IMG/VR virus record: IMGVR_UViG_3300030330_006019
Location: 32,001-96,000 of that record
Reading direction: 5' to 3' (one strand)
DNA length: 64,000 nucleotides
DNA from: a virus
Taxonomy: Duplodnaviria > Caudoviricetes
This document shows positions 19,319 through 28,616 of this stretch, piece by piece. The notes beneath the pieces are model-generated. The model was not told where the DNA came from. It worked only from the letters and a program-made list of their open reading frames with translations, and searched no databases. The translations under genes were made by a program, and so were the position numbers. Position 1 is the stretch's first letter; every line of letters starts with the position of its first letter.

Positions 19319-20203
19319 TCATATCCTTTTTAGAAATTTTTCCATTTCCAAAGAATAATTTTTATGTGATTGTTGTCTCCAAAAATCTTTCATATCACTT
19401 TTTGTTTTTACATAATTATCATAAGGGTAATCTCTAAACATTCTATCTTCAATGACAATCATATCTGATAAAACATATTGTCGTATGTCATAACCCTTTC
19501 TTAACATGTGCATTGATGCTTCTGCAACAAATGTATCATCTAATCCATAAGGTCCTAGTGAATCTGGAATTGTAATAAATTTTAACAATTCAATATTAAA
19601 CAGATTAAACCATCCACCACCAAACTTAACCGTTGGTATCTGTTTTAATTTAGGTATGCATGGTTCTCTTCTATCAAAAACTCTATATGGATTTGTATGC
19701 CATAGCTTTTTACTTCTATCAGTATTTCGTGTTCTTTCATTTGAAATAACATCCCAACTAGAATCCCATAGCTGCAAAATTTCTGATGATATAATATGAT
19801 ACTTATTTTTTATTTGGCTTATTGCATCAAACATCATTGTAAGATTGTAATCAGAAAAGTATACATCAGTGTCTAAATATAAAATATGTGTTGCATCTGT
19901 ATCTGAATTAATTGCATTTCTTCTTTTATCATTACAACCTAAACATGTATCACTAACATCAAATCTATTTACAAATGGTGAAAGTGACTTAATGTAAGTA
20001 AATTTATCTATAAAATATTCTTTTGGTATTTTTGAGTTTTCCCAATCTGTTAACTTATCAGATACATTTAGAGTAAAGTCAAGTATTACATTATTAACAT
20101 CACTAATATAAAACTGTGACCTAGCTAATTGGTCAACTATTCTCTTTACTTCATCTATTTCTCTAGGAAGAGAATGTAAAACTATCTGTATTTTGTTTGT
20201 CAT
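19319..20203 (-). CDS. Putative GT-A fold glycosyltransferase
   Basis: YLDTD (DxD), YGLDDT; glycan island context. Confidence 0.55.
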   Translation of the reverse strand: MTNKIQIVLHSLPREIDEVKRIVDQLARSQFYISDVNNVILDFTLNVSDKLTDWENSKIPKEYFIDKFTYIKSLSPFVNRFDVSDTCLGCNDKRRNAINSDTDATHILYLDTDVYFSDYNLTMMFDAISQIKNKYHIISSEILQLWDSSWDVISNERTRNTDRSKKLWHTNPYRVFDRREPCIPKLKQIPTVKFGGGWFNLFNIELLKFITIPDSLGPYGLDDTFVAEASMHMLRKGYDIRQYVLSDMIVIEDRMFRDYPYDNYVKTKSDMKDFWRQQSHKNYSLEMEKFLKRI

Positions 20204-20205
20204 TT

Positions 20206-20847
20206 CTAAAACTCATAACCGAATGCATCAATATCTTCAAGGTATACTTCTGCAATTCTTTGTCTACTTTCATCTGAATAATATTCTCTATAACCAGAAT
20301 GATTTGTTTTATTAATCATTGGTAAGGGCTTGTTTATTATTCCAATTTGATCACATACAATTTGCATGTCTTCAGCAAGGTTTTCATATTTTCCAATAAA
20401 GTCAAAAATTTGTTCACCATTACGATACATTTTATTATAGTGTGATATAAAATGTCCCTTTTCTTTTTCATGGTGCATATGCCTATATATTGAATTACAA
20501 ACAAATCCTTCAATTAAATCAAAACTTTCTATTCCATGATATGCTTTGTAAATATATTCACAATACTTTTCAAAGGGCAGTGCACCTGACTTCATAGCAG
20601 GTTCATTCTTTACTTGTTCTTCCCATTTATACATACTAACAATTCTATCCCAAGGATTTCTAACAAATCCAAATGAAAAGAAATTATTTTCTTTCATATA
20701 TTTTATTTCATCATCTGAAAGTATTGTATGTCTATGCCCTAATGGACTATACCCTAGTTCATCACTTAAAAATTTTTCAATTGACGTTGTTGCTGTTTTT
20801 TGAGGTGCTAAATATACAACTTTATTTTTTACAAACCAAAGTGCCAT
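20206..20847 (-). CDS. Sulfotransferase (Sulfotransfer_2 family)
   Basis: PQKTATTS (5'-PSB), FVRNPWDRIVSMY (3'-PB), FIGKYENLAED, DIDAFGY. Confidence 0.88.
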   Translation of the reverse strand: MALWFVKNKVVYLAPQKTATTSIEKFLSDELGYSPLGHRHTILSDDEIKYMKENNFFSFGFVRNPWDRIVSMYKWEEQVKNEPAMKSGALPFEKYCEYIYKAYHGIESFDLIEGFVCNSIYRHMHHEKEKGHFISHYNKMYRNGEQIFDFIGKYENLAEDMQIVCDQIGIINKPLPMINKTNHSGYREYYSDESRQRIAEVYLEDIDAFGYEF

Positions 20848-20858
20848 AAAAACTTTCC

Positions 20859-21485
20859 TTATATTGTTTCATAAAAGGCATTTTGTTTTTCTTGTCTTCC
20901 AATATTTTTTGGATGATATAGTGCAAACTTTTCTTCTGCTGGTAAATTAGCAAATTTTGTATAACCTTTTAATTGTTCATGAACTGGTTTTATCCAGTAT
21001 ATTTCTTCTTTATTTTGATATATTCTCATTTGCCAATCAGGAAAGTTTACCCAACCATCTTCATTCATTTTCCATCCCCACTTGGCAATGTGTTCATCCG
21101 TAATTCCAGCAACTGTATTTACTCTTGGAACCCAGAATGCTTCTGTTTCTTCATTTGCTTCCAATATAAAAGGAAGTGCTTCTAACAAATATTCATTTGG
21201 CATTTCATCTGCATCTATTTGAAATATCCAATTTCCATTACAAGCTTTATTCAAATTATTTTTATATTGTGCAAAGTTTTTATTTAATGCAAATTGATTT
21301 AATGTATACTCATCATGTGGTTTTGATTCCCATTTTTCACATGCATTAATAACTTCTGGAGTTGCATTCATATCCATCTGAACTACAACTTGGTCTTCTC
21401 GTCTTTTATGTTCAAATAGAAAAGCTAATAATCTTTCTATTTCTTTGTGTTCATTACATACTGTAATTGCATAACTAATTTTCAT
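20859..21485 (-). CDS. Glycosyltransferase family 2
   Basis: ISYAITVCNE, WIFQIDADE, VPRVN, PDWQMR, VHE. Confidence 0.85.
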   Translation of the reverse strand: MKISYAITVCNEHKEIERLLAFLFEHKRREDQVVVQMDMNATPEVINACEKWESKPHDEYTLNQFALNKNFAQYKNNLNKACNGNWIFQIDADEMPNEYLLEALPFILEANEETEAFWVPRVNTVAGITDEHIAKWGWKMNEDGWVNFPDWQMRIYQNKEEIYWIKPVHEQLKGYTKFANLPAEEKFALYHPKNIGRQEKQNAFYETI

Positions 21486-21488
21486 AAC

Positions 21489-22019
21489 CTATTCTCCTTG
21501 TAAATTAATCTCATCTAAATTTTTTCCTGGTGGTTGTGTACCAATTGATGTATCAGTTTCTCCTGGCAAATATGCATCTAAAACATTTTTACTAAACTCA
21601 TAATTGACAACTCTAAGTGAATTAAAGTTGCCTATATTTAGTGTCCTATAACTATCACCTAATCTTGTTTTTGCAATTTTTCTAATTGCTGCTGCATAAA
21701 ACTGTTTAGGATTTTGTCCCACAATTAATTTTCTAAGCTTTACCTTTTTTGACTTATATGCTTCAGAATATTCTATTCCTTGTCCACCAGCAAATAAATT
21801 AAATGCATTTAATGGAATTAAGTCAAGTGACAATGCATGCATAACTCTTCTAAAATTTGGATTTAACACCAATAGTATATACTTTTTTGCACCACCCTTT
21901 TCCTTGCCTCTTGGTTGTTTTTTATAAACGGCTGAAATTATCATTCCAGGCTCCAACTGTGCAATTGATATTTGTTGTCCAGCTCCACATTTACTTAGAT
22001 GTTGTGAAAAGTATGACAT
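21489..22019 (-). CDS. Hypothetical basic phage protein
   Basis: 176-aa ORF, coupled to neighbours. Confidence 0.6.
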   Translation of the reverse strand: MSYFSQHLSKCGAGQQISIAQLEPGMIISAVYKKQPRGKEKGGAKKYILLVLNPNFRRVMHALSLDLIPLNAFNLFAGGQGIEYSEAYKSKKVKLRKLIVGQNPKQFYAAAIRKIAKTRLGDSYRTLNIGNFNSLRVVNYEFSKNVLDAYLPGETDTSIGTQPPGKNLDEINLQGE

Positions 22020-22474
22020 TACTTGGCTACACCCATTCTTTTACATGCGTCCATAAATTTATCACGTGGAAATCTTTCGGATAATTCTATTCCAAGTCTT
22101 GTTTTATAATACTCACCATCTCTTCCAGGAATTGGGTATTTTATTTGCTCACCTTTTTCAATCTGAACAACTGGTGAATATACCCATTCATAAGAATCTT
22201 TGGTTCCTTCTGGATATAGCATTGCATGCTCCATAACAATTGTTGTTAAATACCAGTATTGTCCTAAAAGCTTGTCTTCAAATCGTGTTGACGTAATTAT
22301 TTTAGGTGAACGAGATTCAAACTCTTCTACTTGTTTATTTCCAATTGTTAAATTACTATTTGTATTATACCCAGTGTCCATACACATTTTAGATATACCA
22401 GCTTTTTCATCTTTTTCAACTATAACTGATACTCTATTTGTAAAAGGACTTTTTTCTTTTAAGTCTGTACTCAT
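22019..22474 (-). CDS. Hypothetical phage protein
   Basis: 151-aa ORF, ATGA overlap with upstream GT. Confidence 0.6.
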   Translation of the reverse strand: MSTDLKEKSPFTNRVSVIVEKDEKAGISKMCMDTGYNTNSNLTIGNKQVEEFESRSPKIITSTRFEDKLLGQYWYLTTIVMEHAMLYPEGTKDSYEWVYSPVVQIEKGEQIKYPIPGRDGEYYKTRLGIELSERFPRDKFMDACKRMGVAK

Positions 22475-23745
22475 GATATTTTCTCCAATTTTGGTAATGT
22501 TATTTTAGGCATATTTAGTTGTACTTGCTGTGGTACATTAACATGCTTTTCCATTATTTCTGTAAATCTTTCTGTCATTTTATCTAGATTTAATTCTTCA
22601 CGAACAAGTCTTGCTTGTTTTCTTGCATCTGGAATATATTTTTTATATTTTTTATGTATATCCTTTAACACTTTTGATGCATATAGATGGTTTACATAGA
22701 ACCATTTAGAACCTTGAACAACTACATTTTCCCATTGTGCAGATTCATGTACTTCTTGCAATTCACCAGGTAAAAGAACTGAATGTTTTAGAAAATCTAT
22801 ATGTCCTGACCAGTTTGATGCTATTACTGGTTTTTGAGTTACACAAAATTCTGCAAGAGGTCTTCCATAACCTTCTCCATGTGTAAATGATAGCATGGCC
22901 TTTACCTTTGGATGATTGTATAAACTATTCATTTCTTCAGGTTCTAAATCTCCATGAAGTAAATATACATTAGGTAAACCTTCACCACACTGGTCTGCAA
23001 TAAGCTTAATTTTTCTAAGAATATTTTCTCTGTCTATTACACTAAATGTTGCTTGACTAGTTTTAAGTATCAATGCAGGTTTATTTGCTTTTCTCTTAAA
23101 TGTCTCAAAAAATGTTTTTAACATTCCAGCAACATCTTTTCTATCATGTCCAAAATTTCCATTTAGCCAATGTCCAACAAAAAGAAAACAAAAGTTTTCC
23201 TTAATATTTGATAATTCATCTGCAACTGTTTTTGAAATTTCAGATGTCTTATTCCATACTTTTGTATCAACACCTTCAAACAATACCTCCATTGGTACAG
23301 TTACTTTATGTTCACCTTCTTTTTTCTGAGTTTGATTGTTTATCTTGTCATAAACTGTTCTCAAAAATGATTCTTTTGAATGTTCAGATGTCACAATTAC
23401 TAAATTCATCCTATTCATTCCATCAACCCAAGGATGAGAAACATGTGTTGTTTCAATACCTGCAGTTATACCTATATTGTATTTACCAACTGGCTGAAAT
23501 TCATTAGGTACTGTAACCTGAATCCATATATCTGGTTGTTTTGGTAAATTTCCAAAGTGTAAAACATCTATAATATCCTGGTCATCTTTGCCAAGAGCAT
23601 TCATAGGGCATGAACCCCATCTTTGACTAAGTACTTTTATATCATACTTATCCATTGCTATCAAACTTCTCAATAAATCTCTAGCGTGGTCTCCATATCC
23701 TGAACGTGTCGCAACTGGTGCACTCATAACTAATAATGGTTTCAT
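22471..23745 (-). CDS. Glycosyltransferase family 4 (GT-B)
   Basis: SGYGDHAR, FLFVGHW, RKDV, GEGYGRPLAE, SGHIDFL. Confidence 0.88.
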   Translation of the reverse strand: MKPLLVMSAPVATRSGYGDHARDLLRSLIAMDKYDIKVLSQRWGSCPMNALGKDDQDIIDVLHFGNLPKQPDIWIQVTVPNEFQPVGKYNIGITAGIETTHVSHPWVDGMNRMNLVIVTSEHSKESFLRTVYDKINNQTQKKEGEHKVTVPMEVLFEGVDTKVWNKTSEISKTVADELSNIKENFCFLFVGHWLNGNFGHDRKDVAGMLKTFFETFKRKANKPALILKTSQATFSVIDRENILRKIKLIADQCGEGLPNVYLLHGDLEPEEMNSLYNHPKVKAMLSFTHGEGYGRPLAEFCVTQKPVIASNWSGHIDFLKHSVLLPGELQEVHESAQWENVVVQGSKWFYVNHLYASKVLKDIHKKYKKYIPDARKQARLVREELNLDKMTERFTEIMEKHVNVPQQVQLNMPKITLPKLEKIS

Positions 23746-23754
23746 TTTTTTCTC

Positions 23755-25212
23755 CTAAAAATTATGTCCTACTGGGTATTTTGGTTTTGGTTTTTGTGAG
23801 TCAATTAAAGTAAATCTTTTTCTAGGTTTCCAATGTTTCCAACAACTTTCAATTGAACGTTCAAATGCATTACACATTTCCTTTGCTGTAAATCCATTTT
23901 CAATTGCCCAGTCTCTTCCTTTCATACCTCTGGTTTTTAATTCATCTACTCCTAATCTATATGCTTTTTCAATTTGGTCTGTAACATCAGGTATATTACA
24001 TCTTGAATCATAAATGTATGGTGTAAGAGGTGAACCTTGTAAATTTATTTGTGGCCAAACAACAAATGACCATTCACCATGATTCTTATACCTACCATTA
24101 CTATTACTTGGCCAATCAGAATTATAATCTTCCAACTCTACATATTTTCCATCATCTTTAATAATACCTACTTGGTCTTGTAAACCTCCAATACAATTTA
24201 CTAAAACTGGTGTACCTGTCATAATTGATTCCATGCAACTTAAACCAAATCCTTCAGCAGAACTAATATTTGCACCTAAATCTGACATATTATACAAGTA
24301 GTTTAATTGTTTTGTTGTTAACTTAGCTTCACTAAATATCACATTATAATCTGGTAATAGTGCATCTTTTACAGCACCTAAATCAGTACCTGCATCATCT
24401 ACTTTATTTGTGTGTAATAACAAGTAACATTCATTTGCTTGTTCTTTTGTTAATCTATCACAAAATAGTTTATACGCTAACATTAAGTCAGATGTAGATT
24501 TTCTTCTAATATTTCTACTGTTATACATTACAACAAATCCTGGCGTAACACCTCCAAATATCTGATGTTCAAATTTAATCAATTCATTAAACTCTGGGTG
24601 ATCCTTTCCAATTGGATAGTATTCATCTGTTGGTATTCCGTGTTGTACATATGTTAAGTCTATACCTTTTCTTCTAGGATTCTTTTGGCAAACATTAAAA
24701 TTAATATTGTATGTTTGCTTTGATATTGCCATAAGTAAATCACATGAATCATAAAAAGGCTCATTCCAATGCGGATAAGGCAAATCATCCCAGATATTCA
24801 AATATCCTAATGGTATAGTTTGTCTTATTTCATGTTCCATTTGATAAAGCCACTGCCAGAACCTAGGGTCTGTAAAGTGAATAATTGCATCTGGTTTTTC
24901 TTGTGAAATTATATGTCTAACAATTTCTTGAGTACCATAACCTGAACATGGATATATTTTTACATCTGCATCATCTACTCCAGTTTCAGTTTTTACTTGG
25001 TCACTTATATCTAAAAGTTTTCCATTGTCTGGATGTTTTACTGCTCCTCCTAGTTGTACCCAGTCATATCTATCAACTGTTCCAAAAACTAAATTCTTTG
25101 ATACAGTTCCTACACCTGAATGCAATCTCATATCATCTGAAAGCAATAATATTTTTTTCTTTTTTGGCTTATTTGGGTCTACACTTCTTAATTTTGGTAA
25201 TTTGATTTCCAT
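23755..25212 (-). CDS. Glycosyltransferase family 4 (GT-B)
   Basis: HSGVG, RNIRRK, AEGFGLSCMES, GGLQDQ. Confidence 0.88.
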   Translation of the reverse strand: MEIKLPKLRSVDPNKPKKKKILLLSDDMRLHSGVGTVSKNLVFGTVDRYDWVQLGGAVKHPDNGKLLDISDQVKTETGVDDADVKIYPCSGYGTQEIVRHIISQEKPDAIIHFTDPRFWQWLYQMEHEIRQTIPLGYLNIWDDLPYPHWNEPFYDSCDLLMAISKQTYNINFNVCQKNPRRKGIDLTYVQHGIPTDEYYPIGKDHPEFNELIKFEHQIFGGVTPGFVVMYNSRNIRRKSTSDLMLAYKLFCDRLTKEQANECYLLLHTNKVDDAGTDLGAVKDALLPDYNVIFSEAKLTTKQLNYLYNMSDLGANISSAEGFGLSCMESIMTGTPVLVNCIGGLQDQVGIIKDDGKYVELEDYNSDWPSNSNGRYKNHGEWSFVVWPQINLQGSPLTPYIYDSRCNIPDVTDQIEKAYRLGVDELKTRGMKGRDWAIENGFTAKEMCNAFERSIESCWKHWKPRKRFTLIDSQKPKPKYPVGHNF

Positions 25213-25230
25213 AACCTCTTCCTTAATAAT

Positions 25231-25422
25231 CTATAAATTTTTGCCTAATAGTGTTGTTTCTAAAATCTTCTGTCTAAAATTTTTGTCTGTTAAATATAAA
25301 TGAATTGCCCTATTTGTGATTTTTTGAAAATTAAGGTTATCTTGTATTCCTTTAATCTTAAAATCCCTGTGCAACTCTTTAGAAATTTTGACAGATGTTA
25401 ATTTAAGTTTGTCCTGTGTCAT
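25231..25422 (-). CDS. Small DNA-binding protein (ribbon-helix-helix-like)
   Basis: LTSVKI beta strand followed by two basic helices; AGGAG RBS and upstream ATATTTAT motif. Confidence 0.55.
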   Translation of the reverse strand: MTQDKLKLTSVKISKELHRDFKIKGIQDNLNFQKITNRAIHLYLTDKNFRQKILETTLLGKNL

Positions 25423-25480
25423 CTTATTATCTCCTTTATATATGAATATACATATATAAATATAATCATAAAATTAAAAA

Positions 25481-25882
25481 CTAATGAATAATGACAACTT
25501 TTTTGCGAAATTTTCTTGCTTCAAAAATTGTATATTCAGTTCCTTTACTTTCTTCACCCTTTGGAATAAATGCTATTAAGTAATCAACATATCTTGCCAA
25601 AATAGTATTTCTTGTAAAATAATTTTTTGTTTTATATGGTTTATTGTACCAATTTTCTGACATAATTGAATACAATGTTTTTTGTGTATGAGCTGGGTTT
25701 ACTTCCCTATATTCACAACCTAACTCTAATGCATATTTTTTAACATACTTGTCGGCACCATGCTGTCCTCCTCCACTAACAACAATTAACCTATCACCAA
25801 ATCTTTTTGTTAAGTCAAATACTGTTTGCTTAATCTTTCTTTTATTTTCATATGTATTACTACCGACAATTCCTATTTTCAT
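25481..25882 (-). CDS. SLOG (YspA/DprA-like) family protein
   Basis: IGIVGS, VVSGG..HGAD, RNTIL, SKGT. Confidence 0.75.
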   Translation of the reverse strand: MKIGIVGSNTYENKRKIKQTVFDLTKRFGDRLIVVSGGGQHGADKYVKKYALELGCEYREVNPAHTQKTLYSIMSENWYNKPYKTKNYFTRNTILARYVDYLIAFIPKGEESKGTEYTIFEARKFRKKVVIIH

Positions 25883-26103
25883 TACTTTCTATTCCTATTT
25901 GGTCTATAACTATACCAAGCTCTTTCATGAAAATAATACAATACCATTTTTGTAATTAATTCTAGTGCACCTACCTTTAACCCAATCATAGGGTCTCCAC
26001 TAACAAGCCAACCTAATGCCATTGTATCTAATGTACCAACAACTCTCCATGTTATGGTTTTAATAATATGTCTACGCCTTGCAGCCCATTTATTTCTTGT
26101 CAC
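25882..26103 (-). CDS. DUF2061-like small membrane protein
   Basis: KTITWRVVGTLDT and KMVLYYFHERAW. Confidence 0.85.
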   Translation of the reverse strand: MTRNKWAARRRHIIKTITWRVVGTLDTMALGWLVSGDPMIGLKVGALELITKMVLYYFHERAWYSYRPNRNRK

Positions 26104-26453
26104 TTTAGCAACCCCTCTTTTCTCATTTGTTTTCTAATTTTAGTTGCTGATATCTTTTCAACTTGTGTTGGAGGTACATGTTCGATAATTTCATATCCAA
26201 CACCTCTGCCATAATTAACAGATTCTATGTCTGGTATAATTACTACCTTTATACTTCCATTTGCAATTTCTTTTGAAAATCTTTTATTTAAGTTTTGCTC
26301 AACTTCTTGTGGTGTCCAAGGTTGATTTTCATTTGGTTCAACATCCCTAATTGCTATACATATATTTTTGCCTTCTTTAATTCTTTGGTCTATTAACCAT
26401 TGATGGCCATCATGCCAAGGTTGCCACCTTCCTATAAACATTGAGTATTTCAT
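26100..26453 (-). CDS. HIGH-superfamily nucleotidyltransferase (cytidylyltransferase-like)
   Basis: FIGRWQPWHDGH, YGRGVGY, ISATKIR. Confidence 0.85.
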   Translation of the reverse strand: MKYSMFIGRWQPWHDGHQWLIDQRIKEGKNICIAIRDVEPNENQPWTPQEVEQNLNKRFSKEIANGSIKVVIIPDIESVNYGRGVGYEIIEHVPPTQVEKISATKIRKQMRKEGLLK

Positions 26454-27208
26454 ATTCCTTTATCTCTTTGTAAATTTAATGCTATTGCCCTTTCACCAGG
26501 CTTATCAGGATCCATATCATTAATAAGATATCTTGGACCTCGCTCAATCCCCATTATTAATCTATCAAATGGTATGTAATTATTTACCAATTCATTGATA
26601 GTATGTTCTCTCATATCTTCAGGTCTTGCTGTTGTTAAAATTATCATATGACCATCATCATACCACTCATTTAATTTATCAACAGTTGAAATTATAGGTT
26701 CTGCATCTGAAGTTGTATATGTTTCAAATTTTCTATACTTAAAAATTGTTCCATCAATGTCACAAAAATATGTATGCTTCTTTTTTACATTAAATGATAT
26801 TTTGTCTAAACACTTTTCAATAGAAATATTTGTTGTGTCCATGTCAATAAAATTTTCTGTAGGCTTTTCATAATCTTTTGCAAAATAGTCTTCCCTACCT
26901 CTAGTTTCAGTTGTATGAACATATATTTCAGTTACATCATTTGTTGCCTTTAGTGAATCTCTCATTTCCTTATATGGAGCAACAACTGAAACAACAACTG
27001 TCAATCCTTTATTATCTAAGAATCTACATAAATCCAATACTGACTGTATATTCTTTGTTCTCCCAGCTGGGCTATAGTCGAAATTTTGAAATAAATCTCG
27101 CAAACCATCACCATCAATATGAATGCAATTATCACTACATTTTTCTATCATTGCTTTAGCTAATGTTGTCTTACCAGCACCTGGCTGGCCTGTAAACCAA
27201 TATATCAT
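26450..27208 (-). CDS. cysC: Adenylyl-sulfate kinase fused to C-terminal HAD phosphatase
   Basis: WFTGQPGAGKTT P-loop, IDGDGLR, VVAPY, YEKP; then FCDIDGT, LTTAR, RYLIND. Confidence 0.85.
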   Translation of the reverse strand: MIYWFTGQPGAGKTTLAKAMIEKCSDNCIHIDGDGLRDLFQNFDYSPAGRTKNIQSVLDLCRFLDNKGLTVVVSVVAPYKEMRDSLKATNDVTEIYVHTTETRGREDYFAKDYEKPTENFIDMDTTNISIEKCLDKISFNVKKKHTYFCDIDGTIFKYRKFETYTTSDAEPIISTVDKLNEWYDDGHMIILTTARPEDMREHTINELVNNYIPFDRLIMGIERGPRYLINDMDPDKPGERAIALNLQRDKGI

Positions 27209-28134
27209 AAAGTAATCCTTTTATCTTTTGGGCATAATTCATAATTTGTCTTAAATGGGCACCACTTACAATTTTTATTTTTTTCACCCTTTGTTGCTGG
27301 GTATATACCTTGTAAGTTATGTTTACCATCGGCAGTAAATGCTTCTGATATGAATTTTGCCAAATTTTTGTTTGTTTTATTAATACTAGGTTTTCCTGAT
27401 GCTGGAGAATATGTTTGTATTCTTCTTTGTGGAAAATCTAAATTTTCATAAAGCTTTCTTTTAACAATAAAATATTCTATTTCAATATCACTAATATCTG
27501 TTTCATATTGTCTTGAAAAATATTCTTTATAAATTCTAAGTTGGTCACCATTCTCTTTCTTTTGAGAAGGTCTCCATCCCATTGTACTGGTTTTAATGTC
27601 TATGATTTTGATTTTATTGTGTTCACGTATAACTAAATCAATAAATCCTGTCATCATAATATTTGGGTTTACTTCAGTTTCATAAAAAATTGGCATTTCT
27701 ATTCCAACCAATTCACAATTCTTTTTACTAAAATATGCACCTCTTTTTCTTTTTAGATAATCTATAATTTCTACACCATCCCAATAAAACTCCATCATTT
27801 GATTTTGATTAGAAAAATGTTTTCCATCAAACTCAGCAAGTGTTTCTTTATAGTTGTGTTGCATTCTTTCTTTAAGCATTTTGTGAAGGTCTAAACTATC
27901 AGCTGACTTTATTGAATCGCTATACATTACTTCAAGATAATGCTGAATTACTTCGTGCATAGATGTACCAAATGTTAAATAGATAGATGGCTCAAAGTCT
28001 CTGTGCTTATCTATATAATTTAATTTCCATTGATGTGGGCAAGTTTTATACATATTGAACTGACTGTAAGAAATTGTTTTCTTACCCATCATTCTTGCTT
28101 TTATTGCCAAATCTCTAGGTGATTTTATTTTCAT
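27205..28134 (-). CDS. PD-(D/E)XK RecB/Cas4-like exonuclease
   Basis: ISYSQ...CP, FGTSMHE, GFIDLV...IIDIKT, QLRIY, CKWCPF...C. Confidence 0.88.
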   Translation of the reverse strand: MKIKSPRDLAIKARMMGKKTISYSQFNMYKTCPHQWKLNYIDKHRDFEPSIYLTFGTSMHEVIQHYLEVMYSDSIKSADSLDLHKMLKERMQHNYKETLAEFDGKHFSNQNQMMEFYWDGVEIIDYLKRKRGAYFSKKNCELVGIEMPIFYETEVNPNIMMTGFIDLVIREHNKIKIIDIKTSTMGWRPSQKKENGDQLRIYKEYFSRQYETDISDIEIEYFIVKRKLYENLDFPQRRIQTYSPASGKPSINKTNKNLAKFISEAFTADGKHNLQGIYPATKGEKNKNCKWCPFKTNYELCPKDKRITL

Positions 28135-28139
28135 CTATA

Positions 28140-28170
28140 TAATATAACCAATTTTTATGAATTATTAAAA
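28140..28170 (-). promoter_or_regulatory. Class A promoter-like motif upstream of exonuclease
   Basis: Minus TTTTAATAATTCATAAAAATTGGTTATATTA. Confidence 0.6.
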
Positions 28171-28171
28171 T

Positions 28172-28369
28172 TTATTTAGAGTTATTTTCAATAAGTTTAT
28201 CTAAATATTGTTTTGCTTTTAACAAATCTTCCATTCCATTTTTGTGTCGCCATCTTGTAATATACTTTACAATATTACCTTCAAAAAAGTCAAGGTTTTG
28301 AGAGTGAGCATATTCCCACATCTCTATTCCTTTAGTGTAATGCTTTGGATGTTTAACATTATCAGCCAA
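28172..28369 (-). CDS. DUF3310-like protein
   Basis: DNVKHPKHY...GNIVKYITRWRHKNGMEDLLKAKQYL; likely TTG start at 28369 instead of the longer track ORF. Confidence 0.8.
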   Translation of the reverse strand: MADNVKHPKHYTKGIEMWEYAHSQNLDFFEGNIVKYITRWRHKNGMEDLLKAKQYLDKLIENNSK

Positions 28370-28616
28370 GTTTAATTGTTCCTTTGCTATCTTTCTTATC
28401 TGCTTGTTGAGGAATAAGCTCGTCATTAACATGGCCACAGCTACTACACTCAAATACAGGCATTGGTAAAAAACTTTTCTTTCCACTTGGCGACATTACA
28501 GCTGAAACACGTTTTAATAATACTACTTGAATAAATGTAGGATTTCCACATTCTTCACAAACAACATCATCCATGTCGTTTAGATTTATATTTATCTTTT
28601 GTTTATTATCTTTCAT
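28362..28616 (-). CDS. Zinc-ribbon hypothetical protein
   Basis: CEEC and CSSC pairs. Confidence 0.7.
   Translation of the reverse strand: MKDNKQKININLNDMDDVVCEECGNPTFIQVVLLKRVSAVMSPSGKKSFLPMPVFECSSCGHVNDELIPQQADKKDSKGTIKLG

Noticed and set aside
27205-28134. Cas4-like nuclease as evidence for a CRISPR-Cas system
   Set aside because: No repeat-spacer array or other cas genes are seen; stand-alone PD-(D/E)XK exonucleases are common in phages.
28370-28486. Hydrophobic N-terminal extension on the DUF3310 ORF
   Set aside because: It overlaps the upstream zinc-ribbon gene in another frame; a TTG start at 28369 gives a normal-length domain.
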